A DNA stretch of 64,000 nt from Lama glama (GCA_028534125.1 CM052817.1:87298001-87362000); one strand, 5' to 3'; positions 1 through 14,341 are shown, numbered from the stretch's first letter. Numbers and translations are program-made. The notes: generated by a model not told the origin, from the sequence alone.

Positions 1-1699
1 AAATACTATTACACCACAACGATGCATGTTCATTTTCTCCTTAATATTCTTCTTCCTTTTTAATAACACCAAGTACATTATAGGAAATCTTCCTAAATTT
101 ACTTACAGTGAAGAACAACCATAGGTCATGGGACTAGAGCTCTCTTTCTGAAGGCTGCTAAAAAGGTCTTTCTTTAATGGCAAACAGCTTTTACTAACTT
201 CCTGGGATTCCAGAAATGCTAATCAGCAGTTCTAGTCTGCAGCACATTTATTACACCCTGACATGCTGAAGACAGCCAGTTACAAATAGAACTGCCTCTT
301 GAAAAATGCTGCTCCAGTGTTTTACAATAAAGTGAACCAATTAGATGCATTCATTAGGACAAACTGCTTGTCTTTTCTCATATTAGAGCTTTTAAAACAG
401 CACAATGTATTTCATCGTTCACCCTGTTCTGTATTATTATTAATTGAACATAGCACATTACAAAATTTTAATCCAATAACTGTAAATACATAATGAATAA
501 TATTTCCTTGGAGACTGTCAGGCCTGCAAGAGCCCACTTGGTTTCATACTCTAAGATAAATAATACAGAAATCTTTTTTCTTTTCCAAAAGGGTTTCCAG
601 ATATTTCGAGGGACACCATTGCAATGAATAACAACGCTGATTTATAATTTAAAGTTGTCCTTTCATTAAAAAATATTAGAGTCCTCTCCTAAATTAACTA
701 TATTTATAATAAAATATTATAGTATAAAATATATATTTTATATTAAAATAAAATATATTTTATTAGGAATAAAGATTCATAACCTTACATATAATACTCT
801 TAATTTTATTTATCACCTTATCTACTTTACTTCCACATAGAAGGTAATATTTTTAAAATAACGTTTTGAGGGCTTGTATTCCAAAAGGGAAAATGGAATC
901 AAATGTTCAGTGTGGACGAGAATCCCTGTCAGCGTGGGGAGGGAACAGGATTATCATATAACGCTGTGAACAGAGCACAGCAAGACTGATCGGGCTGCCG
1001 CCTCTGCTGGCAGGAGCATGATTCCTGTGTCCTCCTTATACATAAACACGTGCACTAGCAGGCAGTGCTCACTCCTCTCTACAGTGAACACACTTTGCAT
1101 GAGGCCCCCCGACCTGTGTTACAACCACGTAGCCATCATCTGTGCATGCACAAGCCTTAAAGACGACTCTCTCTACTCTTGGCCTACTCACTCTACTCAC
1201 AATTCATACAGTTTATGTTCTTATTCATTACTGGGAAAGGAGAACATGCAGCTCCTGTGAAGTTTTTGGGCTGATTTCACACTGGATGAAGAAAATGAAG
1301 AGAAAGCATGGTAATTAACAGAAAAAGAGTGATACTCTTACATGTTCTCCAGAACACACCATCTACGTGTTCTGAGTGTGTCTGGTTTTTTAAAAATATT
1401 ATAATTGGTTTTATTTCTCTCAAAAGTAACTTTCTTAGTTGCTGCCATTTGTTAATGCAGTACATTTAACAAGTCCCGTTGGCTCCTTCTATTATTATAA
1501 AAGAATGTATTTACAGCCACAGGTCTGCTCTAACATTCTGATTATAAACAATAGTAAGAAATATATTTGGCATAAAAATGTAAAAAAAAATATAAGTAAT
1601 ATCAAGGGTTGGTATTAAAGACATTTTATCATTATTGACGATGGGATATAATGGATGCATCGAAACATGCGTGTGAGGGCCAAAAATAAACATTCGGTA

Positions 1700-1918
1700 G
1701 GGCCACACTGGCTATTACTGGCTAGACAGTAACAAGCGCATATATAAAAGAAGTAGAAGTTTCATGAACCATACTTATACTTAATATTTGAAATATACCA
1801 TTTTCTCCACGTTCTCCTATTTTAGTCTAATTTATTTCATGTTGAAATGTTGGGCACAAACCACTACATTAATTTCATGTTCCGCTGAGTCTAGATCTGC
1901 CATGTGGCAAGCATTGCA
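1700..1918. mobile_element. hAT-Charlie DNA transposon relic (MER119-like)
   Basis: 1830-1918 (tttcatgttgaaatgttgggcacaaaccactacattaatttcatgttccgctgagtctagatctgccatgtggcaagcattg) resembles the recalled MER119 terminus; left boundary approximate. Confidence 0.4.
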
Positions 1919-1938
1919 TTAGATAAAACAACCATAAC

Positions 1939-2074
1939 TGTATAGCAGAGGGAGCTATTCAATATCTTGTAATAATCTAAATTGAAAAATGTGAAAAAAA
2001 TATATTAAGTAGGTATAACTGAATCACTATGCTATATACCAGAAACTAACAACATTGTAAATTAAATATACTTT
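1939..2074 (+). mobile_element. 5'-truncated LINE-1 3' UTR end (cetartiodactyl type)
   Basis: tgtatagcagagggagctattcaatatcttgtaata...gaatcactatgctatataccagaaactaacaacattgtaaattaaatatactt is homologous to the L1 3' ends at 41265-41583 and 61700-62102; flanked by GATAAAACAACCATAAC (1922-1938) and GATAATACAACCATAAC (2075-2091). Confidence 0.9.
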
Positions 2075-3982
2075 GATAATACAACCATAACATAAAAAAA
2101 AACCCTTCTCTTTTCCAAGGACAAGTGTTCCTTTTGTTCTTCTATCACCAACCATGCACAAAACAGCTTAAAAATAGTCCACAAATATTTATTGGGTCCC
2201 ACCTAAACACCATGCAAATGATTTGCTATTGTAGCTACCTTTATCAGTAAGATTAGAAAGATATGTTTTTCTGCATCTGTTTTGCTTTATGATGTATACG
2301 TTGTTGCAATACTTAGCTGTATGTACCAGGGAAGAAATTTTCAAAATCATATATTACTTGAGGCTCCAGAGCCTTATTTTTAATTTTTAATTCAAGCATT
2401 TTCATGTGTGATTAAGTGTAATTGAAAGAGCTCTAAAAGTGAAAATTCCAGATCTTTCACTCTTTAAATATATCAAATATTACATGTATTTTGCATTTCT
2501 TTAGACAAATCTACACACTGAAAGATACTAACAGCATTAACTGAGTAATGATGACTTTCTTGATAATTGTTTTATTATTGTATGAAATTTAATGTGATAT
2601 TCTAAATTCTATAGATCCAGAAATATTTCATTTTTAATGTCTATGCTGAAGTTTATAACATAGTGCTATGATGATTTTTAAAAGTTTATTGATTTACAAG
2701 ATAAATATTTCTTCTTTATGCTGTCAAATGGAATTACATAAGCACATAATTATGATGAAACAATAATTGTGACTAATGAGCCATTATATATCTTTATATT
2801 TGAACATACTGGAGGGAAACATTGAAAGTAAAACCAAGACATAATTGCTGTCACTTTGAATAATGGTGCCCCAAACAGAGAGCCAAACAGCATCTCAATG
2901 TCCTCTTACTTTCCGATGTCTTTAGCTTTGCTATTAGTAACATAACACCCTCTAACTACCTCAGTTCAATTTTATGTTATTCTTACATGGTTTCTTGAGA
3001 GCATTTGTTACAATATTAATTAAGCTTGTTTTGTCATTATTCTTCATAATCATGTGTTTCTTACCACTGATGTGCAAAGATCCAAAGACAATATATGAAA
3101 TGTTGAAAATGTAAAGTCACTAGAGGTGCTGTAGATAATTATTTTAGTCTTTCAAGGGATTTTTAGTGTATCTCATAAAGTAATAAGGAAATCATTTTCA
3201 CCTGATACTCAAGCAGAAGCCAGAGGATACCTCTGGGCCCCACTTGTCTAAAGGAAGCCTGGATCCTGAGCACGCCTAGTTGAAAAGCAGTTATACACTC
3301 GGTGTAAAGAGAATCAACCCCCATGGAGTTGGGGGAGGGGGAAGACAGTGAAAGTAGTTCTGGACCAAGAAGAAAACACGTGGCAGAAGATAAGAGAGCA
3401 AGACATTTTCATACAGATCGGATTTCTTCCTTTTTCACAAGGACAAACGCAGAACATGAATATTTTCTATCAACAGCAAAGAAGGCTTTCACACTGGGAA
3501 GTGACGGCCCAGATCAGAGAAACAGGGAAATTCATCATCGCATGAACAGGCTATGGATAAATAAAGACAAGAAATATGAAATGGTTAGAATGGAAACTAT
3601 TCACGTAGTGGCACTGATGGTGTAATGAGGGAAAATTGGAAATTTGTAGCATAAGAATTGTATATCATGAGTAATTTGTCCTACACAAAGGTGCTTAACT
3701 TGACTGACACTAAACTGGAAATAATCCTCATGCCTTGGTTAAGGTTCAGTAATGTGCTGCAAATCCTGCTGACATCTTCATACCGGGAGGCCTCCTCAGT
3801 TAAAGCCTCCCTTCACCCCTGCGGGAAGACGGGTCTCCAGAGCTCCCTATGCTGTTTCACTGCCACAATTTCATTTCAGAGTCTGATACCCAGAGAAAGC
3901 AGTCTAGGTAAAAGGCACTGCTGTCTGCAGAATTTTCACTTTTATATGAAAGAGTCACATAGAATAAGAGCAAATAAAAAGC

Positions 3983-4015
<33 letters not shown>

Positions 4016-4062
4016 TGTGTGTGTATGTATATGTGTGTGTGTGTGTATATATATATATATGT
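3983..4062. repeat. compound (TG)n/(TA)n microsatellite
   Basis: Directly visible dinucleotide array. Confidence 0.97.
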
Positions 4063-4544
4063 AAATCATTTAAACCATGACACAGCTGCCTCAGTGACTG
4101 ACATACTTCAAGGGCAGTTGGTTTGAAAGGGCCTTTTATTATTTATAATTTTGAAAATATACCTCATTCAAGTTTGCTTCTTTCTGCATTTGGTATGGGT
4201 TAAGTGCAACACTCGGAAAATACAAAGCAAGGATATCGGTGACAAGAGAAATAGCTTTAGTATTTGTTAAAAATCCCTTCTCTCCATCTCAAACCCCGGG
4301 TTTTAGTGAAAATCCTCAGGACTGTTTGTCTTGTTTATTCATAATAATAGCCTTGAATATAAAGTCTGTCTCTCCAAATAATCTTCTTCACTATTATCAT
4401 TTCTCTAAAATACAAACTAAACTCAAGATGGATCATGGTTTCACTCACCCGTTTACTATGTATACACTGCTTCGTGATTCCCTGTAGGTTGAAGTTACAC
4501 CAGGGTCTTGATGAATTGTCTCAGCTATTGTAGCGTCTACTCTG

Positions 4545-4845
4545 TAAGAATGGCCACATCCTGCTCCTTGGCCACCCTTAATTGCAGGTTTCCCAAATCT
4601 CCCATATCCAGTCACGCCTATGTGCCTTTGCACGTGTCTGTGATTTTCCTTAAGTCCATTCTCCTCCTTTTCTTCTTAAGAAAGTGCTTCCCCTCCTTCA
4701 ATCCCATTTCTATGTGAAACTGTCACTTATTACTGTAGAATAATAATCAATAACATTTGTTTTCATGCTTTAGAGTATTCAAAAAGTGTTTAATTCATTT
4801 TTGTATTCCTGGGCATACTGAAACATTCAATAAAGTTCGGTTAAT
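4545..4845 (+). mobile_element. L2 LINE 3' fragment
   Basis: gcctttgcacgtgtctgtgattttcct...gtgcttcccctcc and tgtattcctgggcatactgaaacattcaataaagttc resemble L2 3' consensus motifs; highly diverged. Confidence 0.45.
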
Positions 4846-6305
4846 TCTAACTTATGGAGTGACTAAATTCTCATTTCCTGCTCTCCTGTAAGTCTTCAAC
4901 ATTTTTTTGTTGTTGTTGTTCAGAAATGCAAGATATATGAATGACAGTAATCAATATTTATCCCAAACATTCAAGCAAATCAATAAACAAAAAAACAGAG
5001 GCCTCTGAATTGTCGACACAGTAAGGGCAACATTAGTTTCACTGCGTTATTTGCAAGTTTCTTCCTTATCTCTCTTACTTTGAAAATGCATGCAGCTCCA
5101 GATATTTATTTCAAAGTCTTCTAGAAATAATGGATAGCTTCACATTTGCAAACACATTAATTTGTTTATCTCATCAGCAACTTAGCAGCTGTTTGAAGTT
5201 GATGCCATCAGTATCCACTATATCAAATTTGAGTTGATTTTTTAATTGACCACTTACCCAATTGCAAGATAACCTCAGGTCTTAAAATTTTACTCAGATT
5301 CATTCAAGTTATTTAGTGCATAAAAAAGGCATATTGCTCCCCATACTCTGTCAAATCCTTTCAATACTCATACCAATCAATTTGTTAGTTCAGCACCTTT
5401 TCAATGGGTACTTGTGAGACTAGTCTCTTAACAACAGGAGAATAATGATAAACTATCTAGAGTGTACTGTTAAAAAAATAATCAACACCCAAAGAAAGTT
5501 ATGCTTCTCCTCCACAAGCATATTTTTTACATAAACCTGTTAAATTCATATGTTACAAAATAGATTTATAAAGCGTATTTTTTCATATATGGCAACATTT
5601 GTACATGGAAATTTTTATAAGCTGACACATTTACCTTTTGCTGGAAGTTTACATTCTCACTTGTTTTACTTTTTGTTAATCTTTTCCTTGACAATTTTTC
5701 TGCATCCTACAATATTAAAAATAGTAACTAAATAAAATTTTGTATTGTAAAATTATATCTACAGTAGCACATGTATTATAAAAATCAAATTAGAATATAT
5801 GTAATATTTTTAGATCACATATACAAATAATTCTACACAGAGAAAAATGCCTTAAGCATTTAATTTTTGTTTAATGGCAAAAGTATTTATTCATGTGGCA
5901 GTGTCCATCTTTATGAATGGCCTGGTAATTTGGTCTTTTTTTTTTTTCCTAATTTGATAATGAATCTCTCTTTAAGCTTAAAAATCATCCATTTAACTCC
6001 AAATTCATCACAGTATACTTATATATTGTTCTATAATACACATATGTATTATATATCATACCAAGCCATACTTTCTCTCTTAGTTCTCTGGTGGATGTTT
6101 GTGACTTTCATTTATAGAGGAAATACATGAGGAGGAACAGGATTTGACTAGCTTTAAAAATTATTAACTATTTCTATTTTATAAATATAGATCTTAACCT
6201 GCCTATGGTATATATAAATGGATAATTCTCCAGAGAAACTTCATATACATGCCAGCATCTTTGTAGCTCAGGAATTTTCTTGTTTTTTTCCTTTTTTTGC
6301 CTGTT

Positions 6306-6330
6306 TGTGTGTGTGTGTGTGTGTGTGTGT
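6306..6330. repeat. (TG)n microsatellite
   Basis: Directly visible. Confidence 0.95.
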
Positions 6331-6694
6331 TTTGGTTTTGGTGATAGATTAGAGCACGTTTAAAAGCTTATGAGATTAAGTCACTAGAGAGACTGAAGAC
6401 ACAAGGAAGACAAGACATAATTGACAAGTACGGTTCTTGAGCAGGGAGCAAAGACAGACATCAGAACCTGGTTAGAAAGAATCAACCTGAGAAGCAAGAG
6501 AATAATTACTCTCCACTGCACTAAAGAAAAGAGGAATGAATGTGCTGGTGCAAGTAGGCTTCTTGGTTCAGAGGTACAAGTTGACAGAATTCCTATGTTA
6601 TTGCTTATAATTCCTTTTTTGAGTAGAAAATTAAATTATTTTCTTAGAGTGGAGTTTTAGGTGAATATAGATGATGTTTTGAAATTAATTATAA

Positions 6695-6820
6695 TGAAGA
6701 GAGAGAGTAAGGAAAGAAGGGAGAAAGAAAGAGAAAGGGAAGGAGGGAGGGAAGAAGGACAAGAAGGAAGAAGAAAGGAAGAAAGAGAGAAAAAAAAAAG
6801 GAATGATAAGAAAAACAAAG
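6695..6820. repeat. purine-rich (GA/GGAA) low-complexity tract
   Basis: Almost pure A/G; accounts for the E/R/K-rich ORF 6661-6975. Confidence 0.9.
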
Positions 6821-8499
6821 ATGAACGTGGTGCAACCTGGTGCACTGCTGAGGATCTCCCAGAACTAGTGATTCTAAGTTTAAATGCAGCCAATGTGCAG
6901 AGTCAAGTGTCTTCTACCAAAGTCAACCTGACTTCCGCAAATGAGTATTTTCATTCAAGGTTGGTATTTTTCTAGACAAATGTGTTGTGTGGACAATGTG
7001 ACAATGTAACTGGATCACCTCAAATTTGAAGTGATAGCCCTTGAACTAGATGCAGATAATGGAAAAATATGGAGCACAGAGACACTGAGAAAATAAAGTG
7101 GAAGAGTCAAGAGAGCAGACGTGCCAGAGTAGTCAAAGAGATATCAAATTCGTTTTATAAAATCTATATGACGACCTGTAAACTCCTGAATCCAGGATGC
7201 TACAGCAAGTGTTTTCTGATTTATACACATCAGCTATATAAAACTCACATGCCAAGTCTGAAGCATTAAGATACATTTTCCTACTCTGTTAGAGCAATAT
7301 AATTGATACATGTCTAGCTTTATGGTTGTAAGAAGTAGGAGCAAGTAACAGTCACTTACACAGCTCCTCCTGATGAGAAGCGACAGTAAGTATTTAGGCA
7401 CGTACATACATTTATAACTTATACTACATTTATATATATACATTTATAACTACATACATTTAACTCATTGAATATTTTATTATGTTTAACTTTTGCTTCA
7501 ATTAAACGGCTTTAGTTTCAGTTTTAAGGTATCAACACATCACAGCTCCACTGTAATTTTATTAACAAACTATCCAATAGCATTAAAACCTTGTTTCAAC
7601 TATCCATCTGGAGGAAGACATGGTAATAGTGTCACTGTGTACATTCAGTGATAGCACTTGTTTCCTGTGTGGGTGTGTGTTTGTGTGTATTTAAAGTTTC
7701 CTCTCAATTATTTCTTATAGGCTGCTGTGAAGACATTGGGAAAGAATTTTGAAGTCGGTATTTGGAACTTTTGCGAAATATTGTTGCCTAAAGTAATTTT
7801 TACTTCATCTATCTCCCTTAAAACCCACAAAAAGTGGGGGAAAAACAATATCTAAAAGAAAAATGTTGCATGGAACAAAGAAACAACTAAAGAAACTAAG
7901 CTATAGAGAGCATTCTTGTCAAATACTATGGTAGTTGCATTAATATAGAGAAAGATATGTCAAAACACACACACACACACAAAATGATATGAACAAAAAA
8001 ACTAATGTAACTTAGAACAAAATGCAAATTTCTAGAAATCATTATTAGTCATGAAAATCCCATCTAAAATTCCATTGATGAGAAGAGTATGTTAGAATCC
8101 TGATGAAATCATGAAAGGAGACATTTCTCTATAGAGAAGAGTGAATGTTGCAAAGGTAGACACTATACTTAAATGAAATTACTATTTTCAATTTAACAAC
8201 CTAGTCGGATAACTTTAAAAATGAAAGGCAAGCAGAGACATCTAGGAAACACAAAGTGACTTTGTGATTTTTAATGGCTTTACTTCCTGTAGCACAAATC
8301 TTTGAAACACCGACTTTTGAAGGCACTATTACTAAGAAAACAACAGATTTCATAGGAGAGTATTTTAAAGCAGCAAACATGAACCTTATGTGGATACTTC
8401 TCAAGTCTCTACCTCTCTGCTTTTTATCTCTCCTCAAGAATACATTTCAGTAAATTGCTGACTACATTTAAAAATAAGTAATAGTCTCCAAGATACAAT

Positions 8500-9700
8500 T
8501 ACATACAATTTTTAAAAGGTGAAGAATTTATAGCAGAGAAAGATTATTCAAAGACATAGTTCAACTAGTAAAATTTTGAATGGCATGGTATTACTAAGCA
8601 AAACAACATAAAAAATAAAATAACAGCTCAATGATGGGACAATTTAAAAAAAAATTTAAAAACAAGTTGATAGAACTTAAAAAATAGAAGAATAAAAAGA
8701 GTGTAGAAACTAATATAACATTAAAAGCCAAAAACATACAACTGAGAACATTTGAAATACCTATTGAAACCATACCAAATGTTGGGGAAAGATAAAAAAA
8801 CATAAATATAAATAAAAATTAAGTGGCAGAATTATAAGGGAAACAGAGAAGTTCCCTTGTGCACAAAAACATTGGTCCTAAATAGGAGAACAGAAAATAA
8901 TGCATAAGAAAAAAATTAGAGAAAAAATCTTTTAAAAGATATGAATATTACAAAGATCTGTATTTTACCTCAGTTAATATGGGAAAAACAATATTAAAAT
9001 AAACTCATTAAGTACTCAACTTTAATATAGAATAATTTAAGCAAATAGGTAGTAAAAAATCAGATTACTTACAAAGGGGAACAGAAGTGTTATCAACCTG
9101 ATCTCCTGTTTCTCCATAGTAAGAGTAAATAGTACCAGAATTCAGAAAAGCAACATGTATACTGTTACGAAGGAAATAAGAAAGGCCTCATGACTTTTAC
9201 CTTAATCTAAATTTTGCTTCAATATAGAGTATGCAGAATCAAAGGAATTCAATTTATAAGTATTTATTTAGGGTTTTTGCATGTAGTCATAATTTAAATT
9301 GTTCCCAAACTGTCTTAATTTTGAGAAATATTTTTGAAAAATAAAGCCTATACTATGACAATGTAAAGTGAAATAACACATTGGATAGTTTTTTTTCTCA
9401 CTATTTAGAAATATGCATATACTCTAAGTCACAAGAATTCCATCTCTAGGTATAAATCACAGAGAAACCCTTGTGAAAGTGAATAATTATACCTGTCCAA
9501 GAATATTTATTACAAAATTTCTGAAAGAGAATATTCAAATGCCTAAATGATCAATCATGTTAAAGTTATAAAACAAGACTATCAATATCAACATATATAA
9601 ATTTCCAAAGCATATGAATGGGAAAAAAGTTGTACCATATTAACACCATAACAAAAATATAAATATTTTAAAAACTGTTAACAAATTAAAAGCCAAGTTA
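8500..9700 (+). mobile_element. ancient L1 (L1ME/HAL1-like): ORF1 3' part followed closely by 3'-end-like sequence
   Basis: 9055-9240 (aaaaatcagattacttacaaagggg...ttctccatagtaagagtaaatagtaccagaattc) resembles the L1 ORF1 3' region; 9410-9545 (atgcatatactctaagtcacaagaattccatctctaggtataaatcacagagaaaccc) resembles the L1ME 3' end. Confidence 0.55.
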
Positions 9701-9879
9701 ACAAGTAAATGAGATAATCTAACAGTTCAGAGAAGATAGCAAGTTGCATTATTTTGCATAATCACATAATTTTGCATAATGTAGTACTTTAAAGTATTAT
9801 TTAAATCTTATTCTATCATGAAAAATACATATATTACCATAAGTCCCTCCATATATATTTACATATAATAAATATGTAA

Positions 9880-10810
9880 AGCACTCAGTGTATGATAGCT
9901 GCATTTTGCCATGATCAGTGGTGCCAGTGAAATAGTTGATACTTTAGAGACATAATTTTTTGTATGAGAAAATAAATTGTGTTGCTTCAAAATAAATCCA
10001 AATCTATCTACAACAATTAAGATAACATATTAGGAAAAAAAGTGTAGAAACTGAATATACCATTATCTTTAAAAGAAGTTATCAAAGGAACTTCTACAAG
10101 GAACGACTATATAGACATTAATAGAAAATGTTTTTTCAATCATACTTGGCATTTAACATTGATATAGTAATACTCATATACAAAAGCTAGTGTTTCCTAA
10201 GTTTTACTAGTCATTTAGTAAATTTTAAGAGTAATGTAATTTCTTTTACGTAAGAAATTGTGTCTATACTTACTTTTTCAATTGCATGATTTGTCCTAAC
10301 TGTGTATTTGTTGTTAGCTAATTGGAATCAATATTGGGACCATTACTATTCACATATAACTACAACAAAATATTGACATGTTTAAATATTAAGTAGTTTT
10401 TAGAAAATAATTTTGAATAAGGAGGTGATACTTGGCCATTAAACTCTTATTTAATAGCATTTAAGACACTCATACTAATCAAACCTTGAGAATTATATTA
10501 CTTTCTTCTACGACATAAATAAAATATAGCTACATTTTTGGAAGTTAAACTTTATTTTATATTCAAGGATAAAAAAGCTCAACAAAACCAAAGAAAAAAT
10601 TATTAATTGTTGGTGTCCAGAAAAATGATTAATTCTTTTTATCTTACATGTGATCTAATTTGTTCAAATCTATGAACCTGTCCTACAACATAAATGCAAT
10701 GCATATGCAAGCAAATTTCAACTTAATTTTAAGAGATCTGACTGTGAATATGTTAATTAAGTATTTCTATTAATAGATAAAAATTGTGCTAGGATAAGAA
10801 CATACAAACA
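9880..10810 (+). mobile_element. possible hAT-Charlie transposase remnant
   Basis: atgatcagtggtgccagtgaaatagttgat translates MISGASEIVD, similar to the hAT xTDGASAMVG motif, with further weak similarity downstream; very decayed. Confidence 0.3.
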
Positions 10811-11629
10811 TGTAGGCTGTAACACAGTAGACAAATAACTGGCAAAAGTCAATTCTAAAATAAGATAATTGAAATTTAAGTGTAGCCTCAAATCATATGT
10901 TACTTTATTTCTCCATTTTAAAAAATTATCCAAATTTTTATTTATTTCTAAGCCTCACTAACAATGTCTATGATGAGAAAAATGAAAGTCTTGTTACTGT
11001 TTCTACTCTAGTTTTCTCATGACTACTGGGAATTTTTTTTTTTTCATAAGACAACAGGTTGAGTTTTACATCTGAGTCCACAAAAGATACCTAGCATTGA
11101 ATTTTTTTCATAATAAATACTGGTTTGAAACAAAAAAGCATCATTGTCAATGTGAAAATCTAGACTAGACACGACAACTAAATAAATAGTATACACACTA
11201 TGGAATAAACATTTAAACACCATGGGAAACTGTACAGACTAGATAAAATTTGATAAACTACGGGAATTCAAACTTTCAGAAGCTCTGAAATCCCAACTAA
11301 GAGGAATGGAGATAATGAATAATCCTGTCTGTACACGAAAATAGGCCACATTGACATAAAAGCAATATATTTGAGATGTACCGTGATGGGCTGTCAAATA
11401 GGGCTTTTTGCTCAGACACACAGGATTTTCCTTCTCTCATCTTTTGTCTTTTCATCTATCAAACACAATCCTTTGTCTCATTTTCTACTTAAAGACTTCT
11501 CTGACAACATGAATTCCATTATTTTTCCACCTTCTCTGTTCATTATCTTATTTTTCAATTTTGGGGGTACATGTTTACATTTACATTAGTAAACATTTAC
11601 TAAATTTCCTCAGAAATAAATAATAATAA

Positions 11630-11790
11630 AGAGGGTCAAGGTATGTTAAGAGACTTGAAGCTACGACTACCAAGAATCTATGAAGAAATAGTTTAAAAAT
11701 AAGTAGACTGTATTAGCTACCAAAAGAGGAGGTCCTAAGGCAGAGTAGTTTCAGGAGTCTTTAATTCAAAGATATTATCAAGTATCCAAA
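11630..11790 (+). mobile_element. L3/CR1 LINE relic
   Basis: gagggtcaaggtatgttaagagacttgaagc...tatgaagaaatagtttaaaaataagtagactgtattagctaccaaaagaggagg resembles the recalled CR1/L3 3' consensus. Confidence 0.4.
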
Positions 11791-12697
11791 TGTGTCTGTT
11801 AATCTCTTCAATGTTGAACCTCTCGTGCCTTCCAGACAGCTGCAAGAATCCCAGGTGTCTTTAAGCCCATTAAATTTTTTTTTTTTAATAGTAAAACCTT
11901 TCCTCCCAGCACCTATAGGAAAATGGTTGGTTTGAGGTAATCAGTATTCACTTGTGGACATATGGGAAACACTAACCACAATGACTCTGAGGTAAAAGCT
12001 AAATAAAATGCATTGACAAATAAATAAATTGTACTGCTGACTTTTATCCTTTGCTTTGCTTTCCATTCCAAAGTTGAAAGAAAAATGTCTAAGAAGAAGA
12101 AGTGGGTTTGACAAATAAACACTTATTTTAATTGCTGAAGTACATCAGACTAGTCTCCTTCAAGAAGACTGATTTGTTTGCAATGTGAGATTTAAAGCTC
12201 TCAAGCATCCTGATATCTAACATCAACATCAATAACTAAATAGCCAATTGTTAATGGCATGTTGACTAATGCCCGGGGAAGCAGTCTAAAATTGTTAGCC
12301 TCTCATTTCTCAAAACAAGGTTTCTCAATTCTTCCTAACTTTTACTCTTAAACCCACTGGACATCAAAATTCTTACAAAGGTCTTGGGAACACCAGTTAC
12401 TAACCTTGCCCATGATTTTCTCAGGTCTCTATCCACTGTTCACATCAAACTTTCATTTCTTAATGACTGTTGATCTCAGTTGATGATTAAACTTAAAAAA
12501 TTCCATAAACAATTTGAATGACCGATATATTTAATGTTTCTGATTAGTCATTCATACTTTTAATGGGTATTAAATATATAGGGTTCTATTTGGCGAAATT
12601 GGAAGGAGAGGTATCTGTAAGAATGGTTCCATTCAGTGCTTACTGATTACTCTTTAGGAACTAGAGAAAGTCTAGTTTGAGTCTATGGTATATATTT

Positions 12698-12825
12698 GTT
12701 TTTTATTGAAGTATAGTCAATTATAATGTGTCAATTTCTGGTGTACAGCACAATGTCCTAGTCATACATATACATACATATATTCATTTTCACATTCTTC
12801 TTCATTAAAGGCTATTACAAGAAAT
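12698..12825 (-). mobile_element. LINE-1 3' UTR end (camelid/cetartiodactyl type)
   Basis: Reverse complement of the terminal ~125 bp of the L1 at 41265-41583 (ttttattgaagtatagtcaattataatgtgtcaatttctggtgtacagcacaatgtcctagtcatacatatacatacatatattcattttca). Confidence 0.92.
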
Positions 12826-14341
12826 GTGGGGGTTTTTTTGCATGTTTTTATATCAGCCCCAGATTCTTTAATTCTAGAATGTTTGATGAGAACAAAACAC
12901 TCATGACAAAATTTAGGTAAACTTTGCCTTTGTTCCTGTTTTAAAAATTTGCTACATATAATTTTGCAGGAATTACAATTTAATGCAAAGAAAAGAATAA
13001 AGAATGAGACTAACAGCTTAATTTGCTTCCCATCATTGACACTGCGTATGGAAATGATGGTACCCATCTTCTAGAGACGGAATGGAAGGTAACTGTCAAG
13101 GAGAATATGACAACATACATAGACGCTATGCTCATAGTTAGATGTCTGTTTTACTCCTTGACATACTCTCACTAACAAGCTGCTCATTTTCATTCTTACT
13201 ATTGGCTCACAGACAATGATGTATCTTTATAGAGAAATTTTATATCCCATTTTCTTTTCGGCTTATGCTTTTGACAAACTGGAGAGTGTTAATCAAAGTG
13301 AGAAAACCCTACAATTTATCTTAATCGTAGAATTAATATTTAAACATGGCATGCTTTACTCCCAGGCACTTAAGATTTACTTCCTTATTTACAGGCTCAA
13401 GTGTAGTGAAATTCATTGATTGTGAGAGCCAGGAATACAATTTCACTCCCATCCTCCCTAACAGTTACCTTGAATCCTGAGTACTCCACCAAGACAGAAA
13501 ATACAAGGAGTTGTAAATGACTTTCACCCTGATTCTTTTGTCCTTGTTATTCTATTAAAATCACATCTGTACCCAATGAGCCACATCAAAATAATATATT
13601 ATCCCTTGATGTATATTTAGGGTATCATTTTGCATTTAATTACTTCATGTGATCCTTTGCTACATCACTGAAGAATTGTGAACTCTGAGCTCAGGCCTCA
13701 GATAATTTAAAAATTTTGGTATTTGCTTTAGGATCCTCTGTAATACAAAATAGGCTCTCATTTAATCTCATTTAACTTTCCTTTAGATGATTAAAATAGT
13801 TATCATAAGAACAATTTTTTGATAGTGTACCACGCCAATTGCCATTTAAGTAAAATCCTGGAATTCATATGCAATTATCTTTGTGTTTAGAATAGACTGT
13901 CCCTTATAAGAGGAAGAAAATTCAAGTTCTTCAAGCTATTATAAGCTATTGTCTCTAATGGTACCCTTCAACCTATACCTATCTGTTAAATATTTTAGGA
14001 TAAACAATTAGAAGATGCTAAATATCAACATATTCTTGAAGAATTTCTAGCATTCAGTGTAATATTTTTTTGTGAAAGTGTGACTGTAAAATTTAGATTA
14101 AATAATGAGCTCTGTCTGGCAGTTGAGACTGGACAATATACCTTTGAATGATTTATAAGTATTATTCATGCAAAGTGTTCTTCTTGGCAAACATTTGGTT
14201 GATTGGCCAAAACTAGCATTATCTTGAAAAAATTTTCAAATGAAATTAGACCGTCAATTCAGATACTGGTTGAATAGGTTTTGGGCCAAGCAATCATTCA
14301 GCCTGGAAATTTTACAGAATTAATTGGATCACTCTTCATTT

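Noticed and set aside
992..1012. CTCF-like motif (minus strand CCAGCAGAGGCGGCAG) in a mildly CpG-rich patch
   Set aside because: Core GGC positions mismatch the consensus unless a base is deleted; no supporting evidence.
3323..4080. ORFs of 100 and 140 aa
   Set aside because: No recognisable domain or convincing splice structure; the longer one reads through a TG microsatellite.
5258..5466. Minus-strand exon-like unit (…tttttaacag | … | gtaagt)
   Set aside because: Stops in all three frames; such motif pairs are expected by chance in 64 kb.
6657..6975. Charged E/R/K-rich ORF and its antisense partner
   Set aside because: Translation of a purine-rich low-complexity tract.
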